Shown here: positions 19,501 to 30,018 of the stretch, one piece after another | Position numbering within the stretch: position 1 is the stretch's first letter | Layout of the letters: each line of letters opens with the position of its first letter | Assembly (NCBI GenBank): GCA_964619725.1 | Contig: CAZUFC010000001.1 | Location: 96,001 to 160,000 of the forward strand | Origin: an uncultured bacterium | GTDB lineage: Bacteria > CSSED10-310 > CAZUFC01 | DNA: 64,000 nt | Direction: 5' to 3' | Notes under the pieces: generated by a model | What the model was told of the DNA's origin: nothing | The model's database searches: none | Seen by the model: the letters and a program-made list of their open reading frames with translations, nothing else | Position numbers and translations under genes: made by a program

Positions 19501-19905
19501 TCCGTCCGCCGGCGACTGGTCGATCCATTCCGCTTCAAAATCTTCATAATAGAACGGAGCAGGGTTTATGTCGCCGTTTCCGTGACGGTAGGTCGCATAA
19601 GGAATGGTCCCGGCCAGGATGGCTCCGCCTATGTCGTTCCCGCTGTAATAATATTCGTCATGGAGCATTTGTCGGACGTCCGACGGAGTATAAGAATTAT
19701 AAAAATCATCGGCGATTATCTGAACGTCCACATTGAAACGGTCATCGACATGACCGACGTAAACGTCAAGATTATCAGCGATTTGATCATATACATCCGG
19801 CTCATTGTTGTTGACGAGAAACAGAACCGTTTCCGCATGCGCCGGACCGTTGAAAATAATAAACGAAACGATGCCGAAGATTAGTATTCGACAAAATTGC
19901 TGCAT
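16504..19905 (-). CDS. Large exported protein: C25/caspase-fold protease-like domain, PT linkers, two copies of an unrecognised ~290-aa domain, C-terminal sorting signal
   Basis: Likely ATG at 19905 (GGAGAG RBS, signal peptide ending AHA). GAILAGTIP, FCHGG, SSGCNNG and ILMGNP resemble the gingipain core. Ends IPAAGPLG + TM + REKH. Confidence 0.7.
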   Translation of the reverse strand: MQQFCRILIFGIVSFIIFNGPAHAETVLFLVNNNEPDVYDQIADNLDVYVGHVDDRFNVDVQIIADDFYNSYTPSDVRQMLHDEYYYSGNDIGGAILAGTIPYATYRHGNGDINPAPFYYEDFEAEWIDQSPADGHFEQVITDPWTNATEIWTAWWIPPAEDVSDHGFYLNGYLEKLDDYYSGQIEGEDAMLYIGSNMTNLGFNSEWINLLLESGGRTAEQIMHFGVYSSDQDLMWGYAGVPYWIYPQDLTKERYWNGSDWEGFNASLDFTPYEHPYGSIDDIKVDELFYLWNQTIFKYCHLFCHGGADAVYYHGGGNSFNYENVSLIQQDRCPNFITSSGCNNGNFRGTTGPNPAYERGIGNNLVFADNTACVTFYGSASSQSTGLFAGFHELLIQGLAATPDNYLAKGYYQMRNSDIIWGDDHYFFRSVDDKILMGNPFVTWHDSGPPTATPTPTPTSALTPTPAPTFDPSKIYLNDIYLAQYKNAGYGDNRYYQDTIIDSLIPTSGWDGGLIDLAVIEGYYDFNTGYTDQGGQIDPADVQDYGLGAPDFIDRGSIDTAGVKELDAGITILNRPSVDNCPYDADSHQDFIQGSGMNKSKLNRELSVGYNRFTIISPDAMEFSNRGIIAAFISHDPSGETFQQNDPPSVACLDDSTSQGSTSDAQGQYIPPHPGQTDAPYFQSCTHQFADDSRFMESGNYRITVTYFNVAGDVGSGMGLPHGLSGHGAPGWIVDEDIGYNSIDDSMPDCVVYLELLVEYIYTPTYGPTLTPTSSPTPTITPTETPTAGSTFTPVPTPTSPPSSLFLNDIFIVQHIPGLEAGEERFYQDSIFLDPVPSTGWDGGQMDLAVIEGYYDFGTNFSYQGAQIRLNHILDAGLGAPAFQNQGSIAGIDVAELDPSINVINRPEASNVPYNAGDHGEYIYMSGLTKNRLNHPLKMGSNRFTVLCPSAMEISSTGLLAAFISDDSTGDSFTSGDNPTVASLDDVPFQGAAADAGGHYIPCHPGKQDMTYFQPCNCLLNSDSRTTIINDLVVTISFFNVAGHVTDIMDLDGGLTGHGAPAWVAMGDIGYNSIDGFYSDSIACFEITIQPNWSPTPTASPTPAPIPAAGPLGKTILFILLTSIFVLVQREKH

Positions 19906-20142
19906 GATGTCTCTCCATACAAAATGCTTACTGAATTTAAAAAAAAAAGAGAACAAAGAGCCCGGCCGATTTAAGGCAACCGATCGCATGCAAGCAGACA
20001 TAATGAGAACGGCTGAATCGGCGCACCTGTAAAAATTATGTGGAATAAATGGACAAAAGTCAAAAAATCGTGTCTGATCTAATGCGACTTACAGTTCATG
20101 AAAATCGGTCCTTCTCTTAACCGGGATAATCAGTGTTATCCG

Positions 20143-20283
20143 TATTGATCAAAAATGCATCTTTTGAGGTTTCAATTCGACAGAATCGCCTATCATTTTG
20201 TTTCGATTTCGATCCCGATACCGATTACTGAAACAAACGGTCAAAAGCTATGAAAAAAGCGTAACTCCGGTTTGATCAGTCCC
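20143..20283 (-). repeat. TGATCAAA MITE-like repeat, copy B (inverted relative to copy A)
   Basis: Reverse complement reads GGGACTGATCAAACCGGAGTTACG...AACCTCAAAAGATGCATTTTTGATCAAT. GTGTTATCCGTATT occurs at both 20133-20146 and 20284-20297. Confidence 0.8.
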
Positions 20284-20520
20284 GTGTTATCCGTATTTGA
20301 GGAGTCTTTGCAGGCGTCATCCAAAACACGATTTTTTATGGAATCGACAAAAACCCGGCGTTGCGCTGAAATGCGCATTCAGCAGACGTAATTTGCACAG
20401 AATTTTCCAAGAAAATTGGACAAACAGATTTTTTTTAAATAATCTTTTTTATGGACAAGGAACCTCGTCTGACGACGTATTCGATGCAGTGAGGGTAGGG
20501 TCTTCAGCGACGGATACGTT

Positions 20521-23500
20521 ATGCGGTTCATGGAAAAAAATTCTAAAGGACGAGTAAAGGGTAAAGAATTCGGGAGGATTAAAAAATTGAAAAAAAGTTA
20601 TTTTCCATTTTTGCTATGGACGATTCTGTTATTAATCGGGCCGGCGGCACACGGGTCCTGGATATCATTTGACGGTTATATTTCTTCAAAAGAGCAAATA
20701 AATGAATCGGTTGAGAGCGACTGGGAGCGTGTCGAATTGAAGATGTCCCTTTCCGGCGTTTCAATAGAGGCTATCGAACTGAAGGGGAAACGTTTCACGT
20801 ATCTTGATTTCGATGAACGTACATACAAGGGAGAGATCGGAGCTCCCCGGATACCTGTATTAAGACGATATGTCGAGGTCCCGCGATATTGCAGAGTTGA
20901 ACTTGAAGCAAGCGTAACGGAAGAGTCGGTCATTTCATTGAGCGAAGCGGGATATCCTTATCCTCTGGCGCCGGTTCAGCCGCCTGTTCCGAAGCTGCCG
21001 GGGGCTTATGAATCAATGCCGTTGGCGATGGACGAATCGATTTATGACCGTAACGAATATTTAAGTGAGAAGGGAGTGCGCATACAGGACGACGGAATCA
21101 TGAGGGGCCGTCGCCTGATTGTTCTTGAAATAAATCCGTTATCGTATAATCCGGGTTTGAATTCGATACGAGTCGTGAAAGAGATAGAGATAAGTTTAGT
21201 ATTAAAAGAGGTGGACCGGGAACAATCAATCGCGCACGCAGAGCGTTATCACAGCGTGCCTTTCGATCAATTGCTGTCAGAGCTCACAGTGAATCACGGT
21301 GATTTTTTAACTTATGATTTTCCGCCGGCGGCTCCGATAGGATATTTGATTATCTGCAGTCCCGGTTATCAAACGGCGTTGAATTCTTTTGTCGATTGGA
21401 AGACGCGGTGCGGGTATGAAGTTACGATAGAGGATGCGCCGGCGGGAGCGAGTACGACCACGATCAAGAATATCATATTGAATGCGTACCAGAGTTGGCC
21501 TAATCCTCCTGATTACGTTCTTCTGGCGGGCGATACGAATACCATACCGACATTTTCAGGCGATTCTTCTAATTCAGAGGATGATCTTCAGTATACGGAG
21601 CTGGAAGGGTCGGGATACTGGACGCCTGACGTAATGCTGGGGCGTTTTCCGGTCAGGTCGACGACGGATTTGAACAATGTGGTGGAAAAGGTATTGCAGT
21701 TTGAGCAGATGGGCATGCCGTCGACCGATTATTTCAAGGATTCGGTATGGCTGGCATCATACGATAATTATTCCATGGTTGAAGGCACGCATGAATGGTG
21801 CTGGAACAATCACATCCAACCGATAGACCCTTCGAACAACACTTACCATGCCGTGTATGAGCGCCTTGACGGGGACACTTCAGATTTTGCTTCAAACGTT
21901 AATGCAGGTCGCGGGTTCGTCTGTTATTCAGGACATGGATACGGCAACGGATCAGGAACGTCCAGCATCCATTTCGTAAACTCGAACGTACAGGCGCTGA
22001 CCAATCAGGATAAATACGGCCATGTGATGGTGCTGGCCTGCGGAACGAATCTTTATGAGCAGACGGTCTCTTTCGGCGAATGCTGGGTCTTGGAGGAGGA
22101 CAAAGGATCGGTCTCCTACTGGGGAACGTCCGACAGCTCTTACTGGGATGAGGATGACATTAAGCAGAAAGAAATATACCGGTGTCAGCATCAGGACCTT
22201 CTGCACACGCTCGGCGCCATGTATTTCAAGGGATTAATCGAGGTGTACGATTCGGGAAGCGGTTCTGCCGGTTATTATTTCGATATATATAATCTTATGG
22301 GGGATCCGTCGGCCGATTTCGTCACTCGAATTCCACAGACGCCGGTCGTTACGCATGCCGACTCGGCGCCGCCTCAGGAGCAGTTCTTCCAGGTAACGGT
22401 GACGGTAGGCGGAACCGCACGCGCCGGAGCTCTCGTGGGAATAACCATGAATCAGACTTTACTGGGCGCAGGCTATACTAACTCATCAGGCGTCGCCTCC
22501 GTTCATATAAGTCCATCGGATGCGGGATCGGCTTTGATTACGGTGACGGGACATAACCTGGAGCCTGTTCAGTCGCCGCTGACGATCTCGGCGAGCGGTT
22601 GCGGCCAGTTAGCCCTGGATGCTTCCCTGTATGCTTGCAACGACATCATAACCATAACCGTGTCCGATGCTGATTTAAATCTGAATCCCAATGCTCCGGA
22701 CAGCGCCCAGGCCGATATTTCTTCAAACAGCGAACCTGCGCCAGAAACGGTTATGTTGACGGAGACCGGCAACGACACAGACGTTTTCAGCGGCTCTATT
22801 CAGACTTCGACGACCCAGGGCGGTTCGGGGTACCTGCTGACGTCACACAACGATGTTATTACGGCGCATTACCATGATGAGGACTGCGAAGGCGAGCCGC
22901 TGGACCTGTACGCCGCGGCAGATGCGGATTGCCGGGGTCCGATGATCACAGGACCAGAGGCGAGCAATATCGGGGGAACCGTTGCGACTGTTTTCTGGTC
23001 GACGGATGAGCCGGCTGACGGCGACGTTTACTATGGAACGACGACCCCGCCTTCCCTGCATGCAGGCAATCCTCTGATGATGACGGATCACGAATTCACA
23101 TTATCGGGCCTGACGCCGAATACGACCTACTATTATTACGTAGTCAGCGCCGATGCACTGGGTAACTCGACCACTGCAGACAACGGAGGCGTTTATTATT
23201 CTTTCCAGACTTCGGACAGTCTGTCCATACTGGTTATTGACGACGGCTCATCTTCCGCTGCAACCATCGTTTCACATCTCCAGACGCTGGGGAACATAGT
23301 GCAGATGGAAACAGCGGGAGGCACCAACCCTTCCGGATGGCCGGATTACGACTGTATCGTGTGGAGTTCAGGCGACAACGCCTCGCCGGTCAGTTCTTCC
23401 GGTTATCGATCTTCCCTGGAAAGTTACGTCGGCGCTGGGCATCCCTTGTGGATCGAGGGCGGAGAAACAGGCTATGATGCGATATCCTATCCGGGGTATC

Positions 23501-25092
23501 CGACCTTCGCTTCTGAAGTTCTCCATGCTGACGAATGGGAATCAGACAGCTCTGGCAATATAGCGGTCTACAATACGTCTCACCCACTGGTAACGGTCCC
23601 CAATGTCCTGCCTTCAACCATTTCTTGCGACTACAGCGAATACGGCGATCAGGATGCCGTAAGCGAAACAAGCGATGCGGCGCGGATATGTTCCTGGACC
23701 TCGGAAAGCGGATACGCGTCGATCATAGCTTACGACGTTGACGGAAATCCGGATAACGGCGGACAGATCGTTTTCACGAGTTTCGATCTAATCGAGACAG
23801 CCTCTGCCTCGCAGGAACCTATGATACAAAATATCATTCAATGGCTGACGGCCAGCGGACCTCAACCGACTCCGACCCATACGAAGACCCCCACCAGGAC
23901 CCCGACCAGGACGCCCACAGCGCCGTTGACTTTCACTCCGACCATTACGCCTTCGCCGACTTCTACGGCCACACAATCCACGCCGGCAACGCCGACCGCA
24001 ACTCCCACGCAATCACCCACCAGAACCGTCACCCGCACGCCGACCGATACCGCCACTCCTACCATTACGCCCACTTCGGAAACCTCGGATTGCTCTATAC
24101 TTCTCGTGGACGACGATGACGATGATCCCGACGTTCGGACCTATTTTACCCAGGCACTGGATATCCTGGGTTATGACTATTACATATTTGATACGGGCGG
24201 CGGCTCCGGAAACGGCCCCGCATTGGCAATGATGAATAATTATGATGCTGTAGTCTGGTTTTCCGGTGATAAATACGGTTATGACGACCCGCAAGCCGGT
24301 CCTAACTCCCAGGATGAAAACAGCCTTGCCTCGTACCTTGACGGCGGAGGCCGACTATTCCTCGATTCCCAGGATTATTTGTACGACATGGGAATTACAA
24401 ACTTCGGAGCCGATTACCTGGGCATATCCTGGCATCAAAACGATACGGCTGAGGCATCCTGGCTTTACGGCGTGCCGGGAGACCCGGTGAGCGGCGCCTA
24501 CACAGGCGGGTTAAGTTTAAGCAATCCTCCGGGTTTTTACGAGTACGGCGATGTAATATCTATAGCGACAAGCGCTGATTCGCTCTTTCTGATTGACGGA
24601 CTGAGCGGCGATACGACGTGCGCCAAAAAAGACGGCGGCGTTTGGCGCACCGTGTTTTTCAGCACGAGCTGGCTGCTGATAGCGCAAGATGACGAAACAG
24701 CAGGAAGAAACGTAATGCAATCCATCCTCTCCTGGCTTTGTCCTGACGCATCAACGCCGACCGTGCCGCCATCCCCTTCGCCGTCCAATACGCCGACTTT
24801 CAGCCCGACAAGTACGCCGACGGATCAGCCGACGCAAACCCCGACGATCAGCCCGACAAGAACGCCGACAAATATTCCAAGCCGTACGCCGACCTATTCG
24901 CCTACCGGAATGCCGACGAAAACAGCGACAGCTTCGTTCACGTCTGTCCACTCTGCTACGCCTTCGCCCACATCCACGATTGAGATCGCTCCCGTACCCG
25001 CCATGTCGCCGACCGGCTTACTTTTGACGGTCATTCTGCTCGCCGGCTTCATCGGAGCCGGAGTGAAAAATAGGACGAGAAGAACCCATTAG
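20521..25092 (+). CDS. Gingipain-like C25 cysteine peptidase with propeptide, Ig-like and FN3-like domains, PT linkers, C-terminal sorting signal
   Basis: Propeptide GAPRIPV, YVLLAGD, LGRFPV, catalytic SGHG and LACGT, YNLMGDP. FN3-like WSTDEPA...[10 protein letters not shown]. Ends VPAMSPTG + TM + KNRTRR. The true start may be downstream of 20521. Confidence 0.88.
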   Translation: MRFMEKNSKGRVKGKEFGRIKKLKKSYFPFLLWTILLLIGPAAHGSWISFDGYISSKEQINESVESDWERVELKMSLSGVSIEAIELKGKRFTYLDFDERTYKGEIGAPRIPVLRRYVEVPRYCRVELEASVTEESVISLSEAGYPYPLAPVQPPVPKLPGAYESMPLAMDESIYDRNEYLSEKGVRIQDDGIMRGRRLIVLEINPLSYNPGLNSIRVVKEIEISLVLKEVDREQSIAHAERYHSVPFDQLLSELTVNHGDFLTYDFPPAAPIGYLIICSPGYQTALNSFVDWKTRCGYEVTIEDAPAGASTTTIKNIILNAYQSWPNPPDYVLLAGDTNTIPTFSGDSSNSEDDLQYTELEGSGYWTPDVMLGRFPVRSTTDLNNVVEKVLQFEQMGMPSTDYFKDSVWLASYDNYSMVEGTHEWCWNNHIQPIDPSNNTYHAVYERLDGDTSDFASNVNAGRGFVCYSGHGYGNGSGTSSIHFVNSNVQALTNQDKYGHVMVLACGTNLYEQTVSFGECWVLEEDKGSVSYWGTSDSSYWDEDDIKQKEIYRCQHQDLLHTLGAMYFKGLIEVYDSGSGSAGYYFDIYNLMGDPSADFVTRIPQTPVVTHADSAPPQEQFFQVTVTVGGTARAGALVGITMNQTLLGAGYTNSSGVASVHISPSDAGSALITVTGHNLEPVQSPLTISASGCGQLALDASLYACNDIITITVSDADLNLNPNAPDSAQADISSNSEPAPETVMLTETGNDTDVFSGSIQTSTTQGGSGYLLTSHNDVITAHYHDEDCEGEPLDLYAAADADCRGPMITGPEASNIGGTVATVFWSTDEPADGDVYYGTTTPPSLHAGNPLMMTDHEFTLSGLTPNTTYYYYVVSADALGNSTTADNGGVYYSFQTSDSLSILVIDDGSSSAATIVSHLQTLGNIVQMETAGGTNPSGWPDYDCIVWSSGDNASPVSSSGYRSSLESYVGAGHPLWIEGGETGYDAISYPGYPTFASEVLHADEWESDSSGNIAVYNTSHPLVTVPNVLPSTISCDYSEYGDQDAVSETSDAARICSWTSESGYASIIAYDVDGNPDNGGQIVFTSFDLIETASASQEPMIQNIIQWLTASGPQPTPTHTKTPTRTPTRTPTAPLTFTPTITPSPTSTATQSTPATPTATPTQSPTRTVTRTPTDTATPTITPTSETSDCSILLVDDDDDDPDVRTYFTQALDILGYDYYIFDTGGGSGNGPALAMMNNYDAVVWFSGDKYGYDDPQAGPNSQDENSLASYLDGGGRLFLDSQDYLYDMGITNFGADYLGISWHQNDTAEASWLYGVPGDPVSGAYTGGLSLSNPPGFYEYGDVISIATSADSLFLIDGLSGDTTCAKKDGGVWRTVFFSTSWLLIAQDDETAGRNVMQSILSWLCPDASTPTVPPSPSPSNTPTFSPTSTPTDQPTQTPTISPTRTPTNIPSRTPTYSPTGMPTKTATASFTSVHSATPSPTSTIEIAPVPAMSPTGLLLTVILLAGFIGAGVKNRTRRTH

Positions 25093-25445
25093 AAAGAAAA
25101 CGGACCCCTTTCAATAGTTCGCTTCGGCATTACAACCAACACTTACCCATGGGTCTGATACGAAAAATTTCTATTAATTCCTTATTTTCTGAATTAAAGA
25201 TTTTAGCTGAAAACCTGGAAACAGTTTTTTGAAATTGTCCTCGAAAGGAGACAGACATCTGACGACAAAATTTATTGCAAAAAGCGATACTAGAACCAAC
25301 GATTACTAGAAAATGCAAAAACTGCCTATCGCTATCGCTCCTTTGACGGCAAGACTCAGAAAATTGAAGACCACTTTAAATCGTTTGGTCTTCTCTATCT
25401 CACGTCTATAGTTTAACTCAATTTTTCCTCAAATTTCTCATAAAA

Positions 25446-25473
25446 ATTATAAGTCTCTAGCATTGTCTGTCAA
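25446..25473 (-). promoter_or_regulatory. Consensus sigma70 promoter TTGACA-N16-TATAAT
   Basis: Minus strand reads TTGACA GACAATGCTAGAGACT TATAAT, with AT-rich sequence upstream. Confidence 0.65.
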
Positions 25474-25565
25474 GAAAAAAAATTCAGCAATTTCTTCTTG
25501 TTTAAAGCAATCACAGTCATAAGAGTAACGCCGCCGACTCAGCTCTAAAAAACAAGGCTCTTGCA

Positions 25566-25604
25566 CCCCCTCTCCATTCATGGAGAGGGGGTCGGGGGGT
25601 GAGG
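25566..25604. repeat. REP-like GC-rich hairpin between convergent genes
   Basis: CCCCCTCTCCA-TTCA-TGGAGAGGGGG perfect stem followed by TCGGGGGGTGAGG, a common REP-like pattern; could also terminate glgP. Confidence 0.6.
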
Positions 25605-25660
25605 TTTGTCACTCCGCCAAGATTATTTAAAAAAAACCTTCTCTAACTCGCCCGACTCCC

Positions 25661-28219
25661 TCAAGCCCAGATGACGTATCCCGGAATGAACGGCGAGACC
25701 AGGTTGTCGTGTTTGGGGAGGACTCTCACGGTATATCCGTGAAGTCCGCTTCTCTGGCAATCGCTTTCTGTCTGGTAGATATAAGCGCCGTCTATTTCCT
25801 GTTTTTGCGGCGTCATGGGTCTGGCTGCCGCATCTTCTATGTCGCCGGAAGGGTCTATCTGGCCCTGGTATAGTTCTACTGATACGTCTTTGGGTTCGAG
25901 GCTGCCGAGGTAAACTTTGATTTGGACCGTGAATCTGTCGTCTACTTTAACTTCATTAATGGAATCGTTGTGGATGGGTTCAAGACGGATTTCGGACCAG
26001 TGTTTTTTTATGTGTTCTTTCCAGGTCGCCAGTTCTTTAGCGGCTTTCATATTGTCCTGCAAGAGTTTCTGATAGTGTTGAGCTGCCGGGAAATAGTGCA
26101 TTTTGGTGTATTCGCTCAGCATGCGGTGGGTATTGAAGTATCCGCAAAGATTTTGAATGGAAGATTTCATGCGATTAATCCATTGCCTGGGCAGGCGGTC
26201 GGCGTTGCATTTATAAAATGCAGGGACCACTTCTCTTTCCAGCAGATCGTAAAGGGCTTCAGCTTCAACTTTATCCTGGACTTTCTGATCTTTGTAGGTT
26301 TCTCTTCTTCCGATAGCCCATCCGAATTCCGGCTGATAAGCTTCATCCCACCATCCGTCGAGAATGCTGAGGTTCAGAACGCCGTTAGCGGTGGCTTTCA
26401 TGCCGCTGGTTCCGCTGGCCTCTCTCGGGCGAAGGGGAGTATTAAGCCAGACGTCGGCTCCCTGGACCAGATACCGGCCGACGGTCATATCGTAATCTTC
26501 CAGCAGGACGAGTCTTCTGCGGAACTCTTCGCAACGGGCCAGGTCGACTATTTTTTTAATGAGCATCTTGGCGGGATGGTTTTGCGGATGTGCTTTACCG
26601 GCGAATATGATCTGAACGGGACGTTCCGGGTCGTTCAGTATGCCGGCGAGTCTGGTGGGGTCCTGCAGGAGGAGGGTGGCTCTTTTGTATTCTGCGAAGC
26701 GTCTGGCGAATCCGATGGTGAGGGCTTCCGGGTCCAGTATTTCTTCCGCAGTTTTCAGTTCGTTGGGCGATGCGCCTCTTTGAAGCAACTGCTTTTTCAG
26801 GTGTCTCCGGCTGAATGAGACGAGTCGTTCACGTCTCCGTTCATGCGTTCGCCATAATTCTTCCGCTGCGATTTGTTCAACGTGTTTCCATACGGAATGG
26901 TCCGCTGGTTCGTCCCGCCATCGGGGACTGAGGTACCTGTCGTATAATTCTTTCATATCCCGGCTTATCCAGGATTGAAAGTGAATGCCGTTGGTGACGT
27001 GTCCGATAGGAATTTCCTTCTCAGGAACATCCGGCCATAATCCTTTCCACATTTTTCGGGTTACCTCGCCGTGAAGCCTGCTGACTCCGTTGCTGTGAGC
27101 GGCCAGACGCAGAGCCATTATGGTCATGCAAAAAGGTTCGAGGTCGTCCGATGGTCTTTCGCGACCTAGAGACAGAAATTCGTTCCGGCTCAGTCCGACA
27201 GCCTTTATGTATCCCCGGAAATAATTTTCCATAAGCTGCGGGGAAAAGTAGTCCTGCCCGGCCTCGACAGATGTATGAGTGGTAAAGACCAGGCCCGCTC
27301 CTGCGGCTTCCCTGGCTTCAGAAAAAGTCAGGTTTTCTTTTTCCATGAGTTTCCTGATGCGTTCAAGAGCGAGAAATACGGAATGTCCTTCATTCATATG
27401 GTATACCGTGGGTTCAAGACCCAATGCTTCCAGCGCCCTGTAACCGCCTATTCCAAGCACGATCTCCTGTTTGATCCGCATCTCCCGATCGCCGCCGTAA
27501 AGCTGATCCGTTATGTCTCTATCCTCCTGACTGTTCTCCGCTATATTCGTATCAAGCAGAAACAACGGCACCCGGCCTACGTTGACTCGCCATACCTGTA
27601 TGGTCACAGAACGTCCCGGAAGTCTCACTTTTACTTTAATGGGCGTTCCATCATAATTTTTCTGGAGTGAAACGGGAAGGTTAAAAAAATCATTGTTCTC
27701 ATAAGCTTCCTGCTGCCAGCCGGCTTCGTTGAGGTACTGACGAAAGTACCCCTGCTGATAAAGCAAACCGACTCCTACCAGCGGAATACCCAAATCGCTG
27801 GCAGACTTCAGATGGTCCCCGGCCAGAACTCCCAATCCTCCCGCAAAAATGGAAAGACATTCCGTTACGCCGAATTCCGCTGAAAAATAGGCGACAAAAG
27901 GCTTTTTAACATCGGGAAAAAGCTTCTGAAACCAGGAGGGACTGCCGTTTAAATATCCGTCCAACTCATGAAGAACACGGTTCATATGCGCCAGAAAACT
28001 CTCGTCCGTAGCCGCCCTTTTAAGTTTTTCCTGATCAATTGTCCCCAGCATCAACACCGGATTATGCTCCGTCGTCTCCCATAAAAATCCGTCCAGACGC
28101 CTAAAAAGCTCTATAGTCTCATGGTGCCAGGCCCAGCGTAAATTGTAAGCCAGCTTCCTTAACGGCTCCAATTCCGGCGGCAACTTCGGTACGGCCTTGA
28201 ATGTGTAAATCGGCTTCAT
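25661..28219 (-). CDS. glgP: Alpha-glucan (glycogen) phosphorylase
   Basis: YFSAEFG, GGLGVLAGD, HMNEGH, ARRFAEYKR, PLP motif EASGTSGMK. Confidence 0.96.
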   Translation of the reverse strand: MKPIYTFKAVPKLPPELEPLRKLAYNLRWAWHHETIELFRRLDGFLWETTEHNPVLMLGTIDQEKLKRAATDESFLAHMNRVLHELDGYLNGSPSWFQKLFPDVKKPFVAYFSAEFGVTECLSIFAGGLGVLAGDHLKSASDLGIPLVGVGLLYQQGYFRQYLNEAGWQQEAYENNDFFNLPVSLQKNYDGTPIKVKVRLPGRSVTIQVWRVNVGRVPLFLLDTNIAENSQEDRDITDQLYGGDREMRIKQEIVLGIGGYRALEALGLEPTVYHMNEGHSVFLALERIRKLMEKENLTFSEAREAAGAGLVFTTHTSVEAGQDYFSPQLMENYFRGYIKAVGLSRNEFLSLGRERPSDDLEPFCMTIMALRLAAHSNGVSRLHGEVTRKMWKGLWPDVPEKEIPIGHVTNGIHFQSWISRDMKELYDRYLSPRWRDEPADHSVWKHVEQIAAEELWRTHERRRERLVSFSRRHLKKQLLQRGASPNELKTAEEILDPEALTIGFARRFAEYKRATLLLQDPTRLAGILNDPERPVQIIFAGKAHPQNHPAKMLIKKIVDLARCEEFRRRLVLLEDYDMTVGRYLVQGADVWLNTPLRPREASGTSGMKATANGVLNLSILDGWWDEAYQPEFGWAIGRRETYKDQKVQDKVEAEALYDLLEREVVPAFYKCNADRLPRQWINRMKSSIQNLCGYFNTHRMLSEYTKMHYFPAAQHYQKLLQDNMKAAKELATWKEHIKKHWSEIRLEPIHNDSINEVKVDDRFTVQIKVYLGSLEPKDVSVELYQGQIDPSGDIEDAAARPMTPQKQEIDGAYIYQTESDCQRSGLHGYTVRVLPKHDNLVSPFIPGYVIWA

Positions 28220-28465
28220 AACAGAATGTCCTCCCTTTTCCTTTCATTTCGAAATGCGCTTATAATACAGTGGCGAACCTTAAAAAGCGTCATTATAATA
28301 ATGGGCATTCGACCCGGCGTACCCGAAGGCGATACGGCGAAATTCGAATGCCTTACCGCTTCAATTATTTCTAATTCAATTCATAACATCGATTGGCTTT
28401 CGTGAGTCGACTAATCCACGACAAACCCCCCATCATTTTTAACTTTTTTTTTTACATTTTGCAAA

Positions 28466-28900
28466 TTAGATTTTCTCCAGAATTTCAACGGCGGAACGGA
28501 CATATTGAGGGCAATTCCTTGCATAGAGGTTTTGTTCCGAGGCCTTGCACCGCCCTTGTGCCGTACTGACGTCAGCTCCGAGTAATTCCCGGCAGAGAAG
28601 AGAACCATGTCGCTCCTTGAATTTTTCGATAAAATATTCCATCGCGTCGTAAGCCTCTTTTTCGACGGCCTGATTCTCCTTTTCCTTCAAACCCGATTTT
28701 AAGCCTATGACCATAAATGCGCCTGTGACGGCGCCGCATGTTTCAGCCTGGCGAGCCATCCCGCTCCCGAAACCTGATGCAATGTGCAGAGCTTTTTCCC
28801 GGGGAAGTTCCGTTTCTTCGGCGAAGACCGACAAGACGGATTGGGAACAGGCGTATCCCTTCATGAACATTTCTTCTGCTTCGTCTTTTTTGTTTTTCAT
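28466..28900 (-). CDS. C-GCAxxG-C-C family putative redox protein
   Basis: CSQSV, GFGSG, CGAVTG, CRELLG and a final Cys. Confidence 0.85.
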   Translation of the reverse strand: MKNKKDEAEEMFMKGYACSQSVLSVFAEETELPREKALHIASGFGSGMARQAETCGAVTGAFMVIGLKSGLKEKENQAVEKEAYDAMEYFIEKFKERHGSLLCRELLGADVSTAQGRCKASEQNLYARNCPQYVRSAVEILEKI

Positions 28901-29697
28901 CGTTTTCCTTCTGACTTTTTGATTCCAGTGTAAATATGAGCTGCCCCCCAGGTAAGCGGGTATTTTAATACGCCGGCGAAACCTGCTTCTTTCATGTTTT
29001 CAATAAAAAGGTCCGGTTCGGGAAACGATTCTATGGACCTGTTAAGATAGCGGTAAGCGCGATAATTGCCTGTAACGAATCCGCCGATAAGGGGCATGAT
29101 GTATCGACAGTAGAGGAGATAAGGAATTTTCAGCAGCCGTTTTTCGGGAATTGAAAGTTCCAGCACGGTCAGGCGACCGTTATTTTTGAGCGTTCGAAAA
29201 GCCTCTTTGAGAAAACGAAGCCGGTCAGATATATTTCGAATGCCGAATGAGATGATGACCGCGTGGAAAGCATTGTCGGAGAAGGGCATATCGATGGCCG
29301 AAGCCTTTACGAGTTCGATACTGTTTTCTTTTTTTACCCATTGGATTTTTCTTAAGGCGACACGCAGCATCCCGCATGAGACGTCAATTCCGACCGCTGT
29401 TTGGAACCCGGAATTGCCGCTGCAGCATGCCCTCAACTGTTCTGCCGTGCCTGCCGCTGCATCCAGAAGTCTCCCCTTTCCGTATAATTCCAGAGTTTCG
29501 GACGCCAGACGACGCCATATCCCGTCCAATCCCAGGGAAATAATGCGATTCAAAAAATCGTAACTTTCAGCAATATCGTCAAACATTTCTTCTGTATCGT
29601 TCACGAGGAAACCTTTATTTAAGCAACTCGGCTTTTTTCTGTCAGGCGGCATTCGTTCGTCCCTCTCAAATTTCCGGCGGGCTTTAATAATCAGCAA
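28897..29697 (-). CDS. ubiE: Demethylmenaquinone/ubiquinone methyltransferase (UbiE/MenG)
   Basis: MFDDIAESYDFLNRIISLGLDGIWR, SFGIRN, AYRYLNRSIESFP. Start codon uncertain, probably downstream of 29697. Confidence 0.85.
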   Translation of the reverse strand: MLIIKARRKFERDERMPPDRKKPSCLNKGFLVNDTEEMFDDIAESYDFLNRIISLGLDGIWRRLASETLELYGKGRLLDAAAGTAEQLRACCSGNSGFQTAVGIDVSCGMLRVALRKIQWVKKENSIELVKASAIDMPFSDNAFHAVIISFGIRNISDRLRFLKEAFRTLKNNGRLTVLELSIPEKRLLKIPYLLYCRYIMPLIGGFVTGNYRAYRYLNRSIESFPEPDLFIENMKEAGFAGVLKYPLTWGAAHIYTGIKKSEGKR

Positions 29698-30018
29698 AGA
29701 AGCGCCGCCGGCGACACTATATTAATCTTATCCTTATTCTTTCTCTAGTTTCTGTCCATAAACCTGAGCGCCTGTCCGGCGCTGAAATTTTATTCGAGAT
29801 TCGAGTTAATGAACAGGCGCTAATCAGAAGAGATTGGCAAAAATCGCAGCCTTTATTCTATCACTCGGGGATTCGACTTTTATCAAATCCTGTGGTATAT
29901 AGGCTTTTTAGAGGCCTTAGAGCCGGATAGAAACGAGTTGATCGAGTTAAAAGGAAGGGTTGAAGAAATCGAAAAAAAGGTGATTTTCGGCAACAGGCGA
30001 ATAAGGGGCGATGAGAAA

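Noticed and set aside
18964-19884. Long antisense ORFs (18964-19884, 25922-26818, 30182-30997, 42378-43136 and similar)
   Set aside because: They lie opposite well-supported genes and have no motifs; shadow ORFs.
23860-24080. Repetitive ACNCCN tracts (also ~17500-17620, 24760-24980, 31230-31370, 51320-51430) as CRISPR or tandem DNA repeats
   Set aside because: They encode Pro/Thr linkers with free synonymous variation; no fixed repeat-spacer period and no cas genes.
25130-25318. 62-aa ORF as the target of the consensus promoter at 25446-25473
   Set aside because: TTG start with no well-spaced RBS and no recognisable features; not excluded but unsupported.
28303-28352. GGCATTCGA...TCGAATGCC hairpin upstream of glgP as a tRNA or riboswitch
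   Set aside because: Too short for a cloverleaf and no riboswitch consensus recognised; likely a simple hairpin or terminator.
29768-29821. GCGCCTGT...ACAGGCGC inverted repeat between ubiE and the propeller gene
   Set aside because: Short, single occurrence, no target duplication; cannot be distinguished from an operator or chance.
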